The position numbers and the translations under genes were made by a program. DNA of 55,458 nucleotides from Coniocarpon cinnabarinum (Eukaryota). Under the pieces are notes generated by a model. It had not been told where the DNA came from and ran no database searches. It saw only the letters and a program-made list of their open reading frames with translations. Of this stretch, positions 23,201 through 34,389 are shown in pieces; position 1 is the first letter of the stretch; every line of letters starts with the position of its first letter. The stretch is taken from contig JAVECO010000063.1 in assembly GCA_051942205.1 (NCBI GenBank), forward strand, positions 62,001 through 117,458, written 5' to 3'.

Positions 23201-23874
23201 AACATCCTCACTCTTCTGGATCGAACGAGATTCCTGAGCCTACCCAGACTCAAGATTCGCAGAGTCGCAAGCGCGAACGACACTTGCGCAAGGCCGCATC
23301 TTACGCCGCCGATTCATTAATCATCTCGGACAAGCTTGGAATCACGTTCACCGATTTCTCTGCTCGAGAATTGCCTGTACAGTCCGCCATGTGCTTGTTC
23401 GACTGTGCACAAGTTCTTGCAGAATGGATATCGACCGTCCAGGAGCGCGTCGGTCATTATGTTGGTGTCCTTGGAAGGGACCCGATCAACCTCAATGATG
23501 TCCCGGCAATAATGCTACTCGATGAAGAAGACGGTAAGTTGCTCGGAAGAGTCGATGAGTACCTCCAGCGCGTGGAAGACAAGATGTCCAAGGAAATCAA
23601 CAGTGGTACGCTCAGCAAGGAGATGCTCTCTGAGACCATTGCAAAGCTGCCCAGTCAATCGGTCGAGGGATATGGCAGTAAGATTTTGCGAGTAACGACT
23701 TTCATATTGGATCGGTCACTTGTCTGGCCTGGTAAGTCGGCCGTCTGTCGTTGTGTTGTTTACGTGCTTATACTGACGCGACTTGCAGTGACTAACAATT
23801 TATCATTGGCGTTGGCGTATCAGGCAGACCATTCATGGAGGCGAGCAGAGGCCTCGCTTTCTGCACAGGGTTGA
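20248..23874 (+). CDS. C2H2 zinc-finger transcription factor with fungal-specific TF domain, AmdX/Adr1-like
   Basis: [66 protein letters not shown] and [11 protein letters not shown]. Introns 20366-20422 and probably 23732-23788. Confidence 0.9.
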
Positions 23875-24493
23875 CGATTTTCGAAATTTCCTTCACGATA
23901 TTTACGAATCTGACAATGAGTTTTCTGCAAGGTTCACGCTACAGAGAAATATGAAGTTGGACTTTTGACTTCGGTTTTCCTTGATGATATTCTGACCGCC
24001 TACGCAACATTTCCAGACCATTTCTTCCAGATGAGGCGGACCCTTGCAATGGCATAGAAAAGTTGAGGGAAAAGCATAGGGAGGCACTTTGTGCGGATTG
24101 CCGTTGGGTATAGTCGGCTGTTCGATCTCTCTTGCTAGGTGAAAAGACCTTTAGCAACTGATGGCCACCGCTTATGATTTCGTGAAGACAAGATACACAC
24201 GAGGATGTTTGATTACATATTTGCAGATGTTGAAATTGAGATTGCGCGGAAAGGCGGTATGGGCTATTAATGACGTCGCGCAAGCAAATGTACATGGCAA
24301 GGGAATTTTAGATGGATACCAGATACAAAAGTTAGCGGCTTAAGCTGGCAATTCAGACGGATTTACAAAATCTTCAGATTTCTGCAGATGCTTTGTTGAA
24401 GGGCCCTATTGTGCGAGCTATTTACCTCGGCGTTTGATGCTCAGTCTTTGCTAAACGCCGCATCGTACAATCAGCTGCCCTTCTCCTGCAATC

Positions 24494-25593
24494 ATGCACA
24501 TTTTGGTAGGTCGATTGTCATGTGCTATTGCTGGAATACTTATGCTAACCACGTGTCTATAGCTGACTAACGACGACGGTCCGCCGAACCCGGTGAGCAG
24601 CCCGTATATCTCCGCCTTCATCGACGAACTCCGCACGCTCAATCATGAAGTGTCTGTAGTCCTACCTTCTACGCAAAGATCCTGGATCGGCAAAGCGCAT
24701 TTGCTGCCTCCCTCACGGTATACATTGCCCGGACAGGAGCGGCCTCATCCGAATGAAGTCATCTCAGAGCTGTGTACACCCACGTATTTTGACCCGGAGA
24801 CAGGGACAGTACATGATTACCCGCCAGAGGGAAAGGAATATTGGGTCTTAGTCCCGGGAGCACCGGTCTGTCTATACTGTTCTGAGGTGTGCTGAGTGAA
24901 ACAAGAGTGCTAAGAGCGTGGATTTAGGCGACCTGTACGCAGCTCGGCCTATTCCATCACAAGGAGTTGTTCCCCTTCAAAACGTCGTCCAAAATTGATC
25001 TTGTGCTCTCGGGTCCTAATCATGGCCGCAACACCACTGCCGCCTTTGCACTCTCGTCAGGCACTTTGGGTGGCGCCCTTGAAGCAGCCATTTCCGGCGT
25101 CAAGGCGATAGCAATATCTTTTGCCTTCTTCACCAAGACAGAACCTGAGCAACTTGTTCGGGAAGCTTCTGCGCACGCTCTACGTATCGTTGAGAAACTA
25201 TATGGCAGTTGGTCGCCGCCATTACAGAGCAAGGGCTCGAGGCTATCAGATGGCCGACCTGACCCAGACGCAGCTCAGAACCCCGACGTCTTCACTATTA
25301 ACGTGCCTCTAGTTGAAGGCGTGTCGCAAAACCCAGTGAAATGGACCTGGATGCTTGACAACAAATGGCCGGATGGTAGCCTGTACAGCCTTGCTCCCTC
25401 CCCTCCTGATGAGCACAAACCGCCAAGCTTCAAATGGAGCCCTTCCTTTGGGACTATTTGGCAAGCAGTCGAGGAGTCTCCGCCCGGCAACGATGGCAGA
25501 GCTATTAAAGAAGGCTTTACCAGCGTGGGCTGCCTCAAGGCGAAGTATGAAGAAATTTTTGGAGGGTCTTACTCCGGAGATTTCAAGTTGTAG
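24494..25593 (+). CDS. SurE-family 5'/3'-nucleotidase/phosphatase
   Basis: MHIL|LTNDDGPP...SPY (intron 24506-24562), QRSWIGKAH, GAP|ATCTQLGL (intron 24866-24927) and DLVLSGPNHGRN...SSGTLGGALEAA. Confidence 0.88.
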
Positions 25594-26220
25594 CAGTAGT
25601 AAAATCACGCTTCGAGCAGCGAGCTTGGCCCCTGCGATTTCTGAAGTTCATTCACGGATGCAGCGGAGCGACAGAGGAAGCCCCATCACAGCGTCATCAC
25701 TCAGTGACTTGCGGAGCTGCCCCGAAACATGACGGCTCACGGTCAATCTGCATCCCGACACTCGGCGAAAACCTGAAGCATGTCCGTCCTGATGAGCTAT
25801 GAAACGACCAGCCTTGAGGTGGTCGTATGCAGAGACTCCAAGAGCAGAACCGGTTCTCCACAGAGGGCTCCGAAGCGCCGGTAGAGATCTGGTGCTAGCA
25901 TCTTCCCGATTAGGAAAAGATTCTTTGCGCATGCTCTCAAAGTTGTGCCATTGGCGATCTATAAGTGCGCAAAACAGCTCCCGTTTAAGATGGCCTGTTA
26001 CGCCTCTTTGTTGGGAAGAATTCACATTCTCACCTGCTTTCCCTGTCTGGACAGCCTGAGAGACTCACCAGGTGAAAAGGCGAACAAAGAACGTCGTGAC
26101 CATTGCATTCGAATTCGGACCCAGGTACATTTCTGCAAGATTGCACTTCTGCGCACTGCAAGCAGAGCTGACATTTGCGTCTGACCGCAGCTTGTATAGT
26201 TGTCTACTGTTCGCAGCACA

Positions 26221-27147
26221 ATGTCTTTGACAAACGGCCACTCGGCGCAGGCTCCGGTCACTGTCCCTACAGCCTCGTTACATGGCAAGGTACAACCTTC
26301 CCCAGCCACTCGACCCTACCCAAGCACTGGCCAGATCGTAATGCCGCATTCGTATTCTGATTGCTAACGCAAGGTCAAGGTTGCCCTCATCACCGGAGCG
26401 GGCCGCGGCATCGGACGTGGTTGCGCCATCGAGCTAGGACGGCGTGGCGCGTCAGTCGTAGTCAACTACGCAAACAGCAAGTCCTCCGCTGACGAGGTTG
26501 TCAACGAGATCGAGTCATTCAAGAATGGGGCTCGCGCGATCGCTATCCAGGCCGATGTTTCCAAGATACCCGAGATCACCCGATTATTCGAGGAAAGCAA
26601 GAAAGCCTTGGGCAAGATCGACATCGTCATGAGCAATTCTGGCACAGAGAGCTGGGATAAGACTGAAGAGATTACAGAGGAGAAGTTCGACCACGTCTTC
26701 AACCTCAATGCCAAAGCGCAGTTCTTTGTGGGTCAGGCGGCGGCCAAGTACTGCGAGAACAACGGTCGTCTGGTCCTCATGAGCTCCATTGCTGCTGGAC
26801 TGAAGGGGGTCAAGGATCACGCCCTTTACAATGCGAGCAAGATGGCTGTCATCGGTATGGTCAAATCTTTCGCCACAGACTTCGGCCGCAAAGGCATGAC
26901 CGTCAACGGCGTTGCTCCTGGTGGCATCAAATCCGACATGTTCGCCGCCAATGCTTGGCATTACATCCCAGGCAGTGGCCCTGATCTTCCAGCGGCGAAG
27001 ATTGAGAGAATGATGGAGGAGAACTGTCCACTAGGGAGGTGCGCGGTGCCGGAAGACGTGGCTCGGGTGGTGGCATTCCTGTGCTCAGAAGATGGCGGCT
27101 GGGTGAGTGGCGAGGCCATTACGATCTCTGGAGGTTCAAGTCAGTAG
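26221..27147 (+). CDS. Hydroxynaphthalene reductase (SDR), 1,3,6,8-tetrahydroxynaphthalene reductase / Arp2-like, DHN-melanin pathway
   Basis: MSLTNGH...SLHGK|VALITGAGRGIGRG (intron 26290-26379), VMSNSGTE, HALYNASK (YxxxK) and VAPGGIKSDMF..NAWHYIPG. Confidence 0.85.
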
Positions 27148-28555
27148 AAATATGGCTTTGAGAATGTGGAGGGCGAATGGTAATATGTACTGCATAGCGA
27201 GCTTGGAAAAGGAGCCCGGCAGACCAGGTCACATATGAGTCTTGGCGCAAAGGGGTCTAATCCTGAAAACGTGCTTCATACAGCTTCCAGTCACATCATC
27301 CGAGCAGATACGTATCTTGTATTGTGTTCAGAAATTAGTCCCAAGATAGGGCACCTTCGGAAAGTCCGTAAATTTTGTGGTAATCGTGTGAAACTCACGC
27401 TGTTCCATTTGTGCCACGATTTCTGGTACCACACCATGGACGAGACTGCATCCAGTTAGCAGGAGCAGGTGAACCCTTGCAAGCAAATTATAAGAGTAGT
27501 ACAGATGTCAGAAATTCTATTGAGATGACGATATTGTCATGGAAACGTCTTGTGAGGTCAAGGTTATTCAGAGGAGTCTGTGCGCGGATGCGCTGTAACT
27601 CACGCTAAAATCTGAGGGAAGCATTTATGAACCCTGCCCAGCTGCTAGAGCGATCATCGTCAAAATGCTTCAGCAAATTACTCTTTTCATTCACATCAAA
27701 ATTATCATGTTCCAACAGATTTTCAGCTCACCTCCAACTTTAGGAATACCGGTACCTAAATTGCTGGCCGAATGAAATTCGAACTCCACTATGGCAAGGG
27801 TCTCGTAGGACAGTGTTTACCGTACTAGAATCCAGCGTCTTATCACCTACAAAGAGCGATCGCCATTATACTCGCGGTTTTGTGACCTGTATTGTTCTTG
27901 TCTTATAGGCTCGTCACCTAGCTGAGATCCGGCGACGACTTTTGTCTGTGACCATTGCGGCCAGCAACAGCTCATAGCAAAACAAAAATTTCAATCGGAA
28001 AAGACGCGGGCAAGCCGTTAAAGGTTCGGCGAAATTCATTCAGCTCAGCAATATGCTTTGCGAGGTGCTCTGATTCTAATGCTCGGGGCGAACAGGTTCT
28101 TGCCACATTCATACAAGGTTCGCGGTAAGTGACCACGCGGCTACCGCTAGTATGAACGGTCAAAGGTCGCTTTCGTAAAGCTGAATCCTCTCAGCGCTTT
28201 TCCTCTGGAATGACTGAGGCCTTCAATAAGTCCATGCATACATTGGAAGAGATGCTCATTGGCAAATTTGCCAATTCCTTGCAAAAGTTCTTACGCACGT
28301 TCGGTTCGGCTAGCAAGACAAGAGCTCGGTGTTCAATCGCCCGGAATTGAATCTGAATATTATGGGATGTCATCACTTTTCTACAAGTTCTAGATCTCAC
28401 TGTTACCTTTCTTCCCGAGCACTGCAACAATGACTAGACGGTAGCTCCTCAGAGCTTCATTGTGTGTACGTGTGCACCTTCCTGCCCTCTCTGCCATAAA
28501 CCATCTCGACACCCTTGCCTTGCCTTCGTCTTGTACCCTCGCACCGGGAGTCACC

Positions 28556-29413
28556 ATGACCACTCCAGTCCCCGCGATCCACTGCGACAACCTCTCCTAC
28601 ACTTTCCCCTCTCACACCGAGCCCACGCTCCACCCGCTCTCCCTCACACTCCCGCGAGGCTCCCGCACTCTCCTTATTGGCGCCAATGGCGCCGGCAAGA
28701 CCACCCTTCTGCGCTTGCTCTCAGGCAAGAGCATGCCACCCGCCTCGTCCACTGTTCAGATCGACGGCAACAATCCTTTTAGCTCCGCGCTTCCCTCTAC
28801 GATCGCGTACCTAGGGAGCGAATGGGTACTGAATCCCGTGGTGCGAAGCGACATCTCGGTCCCCGAGCTGCTGGCCAGTGTCGGTGGAGATCGGTATCCT
28901 GATCGCCGGGATGAGCTGGTCGAGATTTTGGACATCGATTCGGCATGGCGCATGCATGCTGTCAGCGACGGCGAGCGACGGCGCGTACAGCTGGCTATGG
29001 GATTGCTACGACCGTGGGACGTCTTGCTGTTGGACGAGGTGACAGTGGACCTGGACCTGCTCGCGCGCACGCGGTTCCTCGACTTTCTCAAGCGAGAGAC
29101 AGAGCAGCGTGGGAGCACGGTGGTGTACGCGACACACATTTTTGATGGACTGGGCGGCTGGCCGAGCCACTTAGTGCGTATGGCCACCGGAAGAGTGAAG
29201 GAGTGGGGACCGGTCGACGAGATCGTGAATAAGGGTCAGCCGGGGGATAGGGTCGGGCACAGTGCGTTGGGAAGGCTAGTGCTGAGATGGCTGGAGGAGG
29301 ATTTGAAGGAACGAGGGCCAAGAAGAGCGGGAGTTGCGGAGAGGAAGATGGCGGTTGTGAATGGAATTGGTGGATATGGGATGGAGAAGCGAAGGGAGGC
29401 GAGGGGCGCGTAG
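28556..29413 (+). CDS. CAF16: Soluble single-domain ABC ATPase, CCR4-associated factor 16
   Basis: GSRTLLIGANGAGKTTLLRLLSGK, WRMHAVSDGERRRVQLAMGL, LLLDEVTVDLD and YATHIFDGL. No transmembrane segments. Confidence 0.88.
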   Translation: MTTPVPAIHCDNLSYTFPSHTEPTLHPLSLTLPRGSRTLLIGANGAGKTTLLRLLSGKSMPPASSTVQIDGNNPFSSALPSTIAYLGSEWVLNPVVRSDISVPELLASVGGDRYPDRRDELVEILDIDSAWRMHAVSDGERRRVQLAMGLLRPWDVLLLDEVTVDLDLLARTRFLDFLKRETEQRGSTVVYATHIFDGLGGWPSHLVRMATGRVKEWGPVDEIVNKGQPGDRVGHSALGRLVLRWLEEDLKERGPRRAGVAERKMAVVNGIGGYGMEKRREARGA

Positions 29414-30265
29414 TTGGAACCACAGGGTGACAAAGATTCAACACAACTCGGCGACGTTGACTGATTATTCACGTGAGGTCAGCTAAGTTTCTGGACATTC
29501 AACTGAAGTCCTTGCTCAGAGGAACACGGTTCGCTGTAAGCCTGTCGGATACGCTGAAGACCTTCAGACAGGAATGCGACTGTGTGTGCGAATAGAGGAG
29601 TCGTGAGACGATCAGATATGGATGGAGCTGCTGGATCTGCAGATCATGAGGTTACGCGCACCAAGCGACCAGAGTGCAAGCGCCGTGGATTCAAAAAGTG
29701 CAAAGGACCTTCAGCAAGGCTGCCGGTTCTTTGAATGCACAGACAGGAGCAAGGTCTATTATGGCGGTACGTCGAGAGGAAACGAAGGGAATTTCGCCCG
29801 ACCCAGTGACTCTGCGCAAAGACCACGGCTGAGATACCTTTAACAGCGCGATCAGTGCTTTGCGGCGAATAGGTGCCTCTTGTCATCGTATTCGTAGCTC
29901 TAACAACCTGATGCGCCTAACCCGCGTGGCCACGACTTCAGTGCATGACGTTTGCTGCGGATCCTCTGGACCATTAGATGAGAACTCCGAATTCATGTCA
30001 AATTACCAGGTCCGAGAACAACCATCGGTATGAGTGGATGTTTGTTGGAAAGCGAACAGATCTCGAGAACATCTCAAGCTGGGAGCCCGTACATTAAGGT
30101 AGATCACTTACAAGGTTCATGACTCTCGTGCCGAAATCTTGGCGCATCATTGGATTTGCAACTCAAAAACTTAGCGAACATCAAACCATGTAACCTATCA
30201 CAACTTCAACGTCTGTTCTCCTCCCAGGAATAGCTGTAGGCAATCTCTAAGGTCTCACACGGAAC

Positions 30266-31498
30266 ATGACGACTCTCGACCCTGACGCGTCGACTTCCCT
30301 TGCAGCCTCGACCACTGCCATTCAGCCTCATACCGTTACTTCCTTGTCCACCATCCATATTGGCACCCGCGCTTCCCTGCTTGCGCGCAAACAGACTGAT
30401 ATCGTTGTCGACCTACTTCAAGCAGCCTGGCCTGATCACAAGTACGAGATCCACGCGCACACAACCGCTGGCGACAAGAACCAGGTCACTGCCCTCCATG
30501 AGATCGGCGCAAAGTCGCTATGGACGGCGGAGCTGGAAAAGCTGCTCCTGGAGAAAGAAGTCGATATGATTGTACATAGTCTGAAGGACATGCCGACACA
30601 GTTGCCCCGTGGTTGCACTGTTGGCGCCATCACAAAACGCGGTGATCCAAGGGATGCGCTGGTTTTGCACAAAAGCTTACCGGAAGGGACCACCCTGAGC
30701 AGCCTACCAAGGGGAAGCACGATCGGCACGAGCAGTGTGAGGAGAAGCGCCCAGCTCAAGCGGCTATACCCGCATTTGAAATTCAAGAATGTGAGAGGAA
30801 ACATTGGTACGCGGTTGAGGAAGCTGGATGAGAGCAAGCTAGAGGAGGCACGAGATCAAGGTACGGGGGTTGGGGACACGCACACAGTAGAAGAGGATGA
30901 CGACGGCACACCACAGTATAGCGGCATCATACTAGCCGCAGCAGGTCTGCTAAGATTGTATGGTGACGAGCGGATTGCGCGATACCTGTCCAGTGACAAC
31001 ACGGAAGAGACTGAAGAGCCGGGGGGTACCAAAGCCCAGCACAAGGGTATATTTCATGCTGTGGGCCAAGGCGCGCTCGGCATCGAGGTGCGAGAAGGCG
31101 ACGAGAGAATCATGGAGTTGCTACGGCCGATCATTGATGAGCGGACAACCCTGGCCTGTCTTGCCGAGCGAGCTCTTATGCGAACTTTGGAAGGCGGTTG
31201 CAGCGTTCCCATTGGTGTCGAAACGTCATGGACAGGAGCTGACGGAAGCAGCGAGCTCACCGAGACAAGAAGTGGTGCACTGCAACCGCAGGAGAGACTC
31301 GTTATGAAAGGTATCGTCGTCTCGCTGGACGGCACTGAGGCTGTGGAGGCATCGGAGGAACGTATGCTGCGAGATCAGGGGGACGCTGACGAGATGGGTC
31401 GGGGTGTGGCTGCGAAGCTCGTCTCGCAGGGCGCTGATAAGATACTGGAGAGGATCAACCTGAATAGGGCGATCATCGAAGAGCAAGGCGATGCGTAA
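30266..31498 (+). CDS. HEM3: Porphobilinogen deaminase (hydroxymethylbilane synthase)
   Basis: IGTRASLLARKQ, VHSLKDMPT, GTSSVRRSAQL, RGNIGTRLRKLD, AVGQGALGIE and ERALMRTLEGGCSVPIG (cofactor-binding Cys). Confidence 0.96.
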   Translation: MTTLDPDASTSLAASTTAIQPHTVTSLSTIHIGTRASLLARKQTDIVVDLLQAAWPDHKYEIHAHTTAGDKNQVTALHEIGAKSLWTAELEKLLLEKEVDMIVHSLKDMPTQLPRGCTVGAITKRGDPRDALVLHKSLPEGTTLSSLPRGSTIGTSSVRRSAQLKRLYPHLKFKNVRGNIGTRLRKLDESKLEEARDQGTGVGDTHTVEEDDDGTPQYSGIILAAAGLLRLYGDERIARYLSSDNTEETEEPGGTKAQHKGIFHAVGQGALGIEVREGDERIMELLRPIIDERTTLACLAERALMRTLEGGCSVPIGVETSWTGADGSSELTETRSGALQPQERLVMKGIVVSLDGTEAVEASEERMLRDQGDADEMGRGVAAKLVSQGADKILERINLNRAIIEEQGDA

Positions 31499-32930
31499 GC
31501 CGGTGATAGACGTTATGCGTGACCGAGGTCACGATGGGGCTGTGAAGGTTGCTGCGCGGAGCCTGCGAAACCTCCGAACGTATTTAAATATACAGGGAAT
31601 GCGCTGTAGGCTGCACGGCGGAGCTCGACAGAGGAAGACAATCTCTGTCCCGAGGGGGCTTCGGCCGTGTGATGTAAACGGCAACGTGTGCCTGCGAGCT
31701 GGAAAGATGCTGGTCAAGGTGTCTCGTACGATCCACCCATGTGCGCCGCAAGGGTCACGGACAAAAGTCGTGGCCGAATTTCAGTCTGGACGGCGAGTCT
31801 GTGTGAGAAGCAGGATTCGGCTGAAAAAGCTATGGATGCAGTAGCGAAAGCCCCCTGGGAATTCTAAGTCGTTGGATTAACATGCGGCAAGTGCTCTTCC
31901 ACGGGGCCCTTGCCGTACACAAAAAGTTACGACAGCCTACTTGACGCGCAGGCTCTTGCCACGCAAGACTGGAAAGGGAGCAGAATGGAAGTCGACCTGT
32001 CTGGCAATATTGAAGGCGAGAGTCACAATGGGCTTGCTGAGCGCAGATTTCGAGAAAAAGGAATGGCATTCGCGCTGAAACGGTTCTATGCCACGCGCTC
32101 GCCCACCGCTCTGACTTGACGTACCTGCAACGGGGTGAACCGCCTTCATGGCTCCTCGAGAAACACCAAAGCGTTACGAAATCTCATGTGAGGGCCTTGC
32201 AGTCAGCCGTGCGTGCGTCAATACCAGTGTCAAAGCTATTGGTAGGCTCGTCTGTTCTGTCATCCAGCATCAGCTAGTGCCGAGGCGAGCGTTTTCGTTC
32301 GACCATCTCCTATGTTATGGCGGCTCGTATGAGAGCTCTGCTGCTAGATGAGACATCGGTGAAGAATTGTACAGCAAGTCTTGGAGGAGAGAAAATTGCG
32401 CATGAGCACCAAGGTGTTTCCAGGCCGCATTCGCCACCACGCAGTAGACCGATATCTTTCACAAGACATTCGAATCAGCTCTGAGCTCTTTGGTTTCGCC
32501 CGCCTTCGCTTCCAGTCTGAGATTCCCGCCCGTGCCGAACCTCCTTCTGAACTTGTGAGACTTCTAGGAGGGGCTCGGCCTTCGGTCGAAGCGTGTTGCC
32601 GTGACGTAAGTTGGTACTCTACGAGGGTAAGGAACACTTAGCTGTTTCGGCCGACGTCGCGTGCTGTAAGGACGAATGCTAGGACTCGATTTTGCGAGCA
32701 TGCAATATATCAACGACCTCTACCTCAGGACAGTCTCTGTTGAAGCTCGACTACCTATCTCCAGTCTCAGCCCACGAGTGAAATAACCATACAGGAAGCA
32801 TAGTATATCAGAGACCAACCGCTCAAGCAAGGTCTCGGAGAAGAAACGTAACGCATTCCCAGCAACTATATTCTTAAGATAGAAAGGGAGAGAGCAGAGT
32901 GCCCCATTTGACGACGTCTTTCTCGCCACA

Positions 32931-34389
32931 ATGGCGGTTGGTACAGCTCAACCACGCCTCGCCATCATCGGCGGTGGCATCAGTGGTCTTGTGCTTGCCA
33001 TGGCCCTACACGACAAGGGGATTACATCCACAATCTACGAGCAAGCGTCCCATTTCGGCGAGATCGGCGCCGGCGTCGCCTTTGGATCCAACGCAATCCG
33101 TGCAATGCACTACTGCTCTCCCAAGGTCTATGAGGCCTTTACAGCTGTAGCAACGAGTAACCAACTGCTACCGAATAAAGAGGGTGTACAGAAATGGTTT
33201 GACTTTGTTGACGGGTATCATGAGGATCCCGCCGCGCCACAGGGCGAGAAGTACATGTTCAATTTGCAGACGGCGAACAGGGGCGGCTGCCATCGAGCGC
33301 ATTTCCTAGATGAGTTGATCAAGCATGCTCCAAAGGACACGGCCCAGTTTGGGAAGCGTTTGGACACCATCACTGAAGACAGTGACGGGACGCTGAAGCT
33401 GAGGTTTCACGACGGAACCATCGCGGAGGCAGATGTAGGTGAGTTTTTGTCTCCATGTTCGCTGAAGCAAGGTGGAGTCACGCTCACATTGGGTAACCTC
33501 CAAAGTCATCGGCTGCGACGGCATCAAGTCCAAAGTCCGCCAACTCGTGTTCCCCAACCACCCCTGCGCCCACGCTCTCTACACCCACAAGAAAGCCTAC
33601 CGCGGTCTCATCCCTATGGACCGCGCCATCTCACTGCTCGGTCCCACCAAGGCGCAAAATAGCCACATGCACCTCGGCCACGGCGGACACATTCTGACCT
33701 TCCCCGTCGCCAAGGGCACCCTCATGAACGTCGTCGCCTTTCGGCAGGACGACGGCGAGTGGCCGAGCGACTCGAAATTGACCTTGCCGTCGAGCAAGGA
33801 GAAAGTGCTCGAGGACTACAAGGATTTCAATGGCACGGCTCGCAAGATCCTAGAAATGCTGGAGCCGGACTTGGACGTTTGGGGTATTTTCGACACAGGC
33901 ACTCACCCGTGCCCGCAGTTTAATGACGACAAAATATGTCTCCTAGGCGACGCCGCGCACGCCACGGCGCCGCACCACGGTGCCGGTGCCGGCTTCTGCG
34001 TCGAAGACTGCGCGGTTATGTCCACGCTCCTGTCCATGGCCCGGACGAAGGAGGATTATGCCCAGGCATTTGCGTGTTTCAGCGCGCAGCGAAAGGAGCG
34101 GACGCAGTGGCTTGTGCAGAGCAGTCGCATCACGGGCAATATGTATGACTGGATGCATCCGCCAACGGGGAGCGATGCGAAGAAGATTGAGGAGGAGTTG
34201 AGCTGGCGGGCGCATACTATCTGGGATGTGGATACTGATGGGATGATTCGAAGCGCGAGGGAGGACATGGAGAGGAGATTGAACGGGGTGAATGGGGGGA
34301 TGGATAGGAATGGGAATGGGAATGGGGGTGTAAACGGGGATGGGCGACAGCATGGTGTTGCTGGTGTGAGTGGGCAAAGCTCCCTGTGA
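32931..34389 (+). CDS. FAD-dependent monooxygenase, salicylate hydroxylase-like
   Basis: AIIGGGISGL, EIGAGV, HRAHFLDEL, ADV|VIGCDGIKSKVR (intron 33439-33505) and LLGDAAHATAPHHGAGAGFCVED. Confidence 0.9.

Noticed and set aside
30861..30916. GTACGG...CACAG pseudo-intron within the HEM3 insertion
   Set aside because: Removing 56 nt would shift an otherwise intact ORF, and there is no branch consensus.
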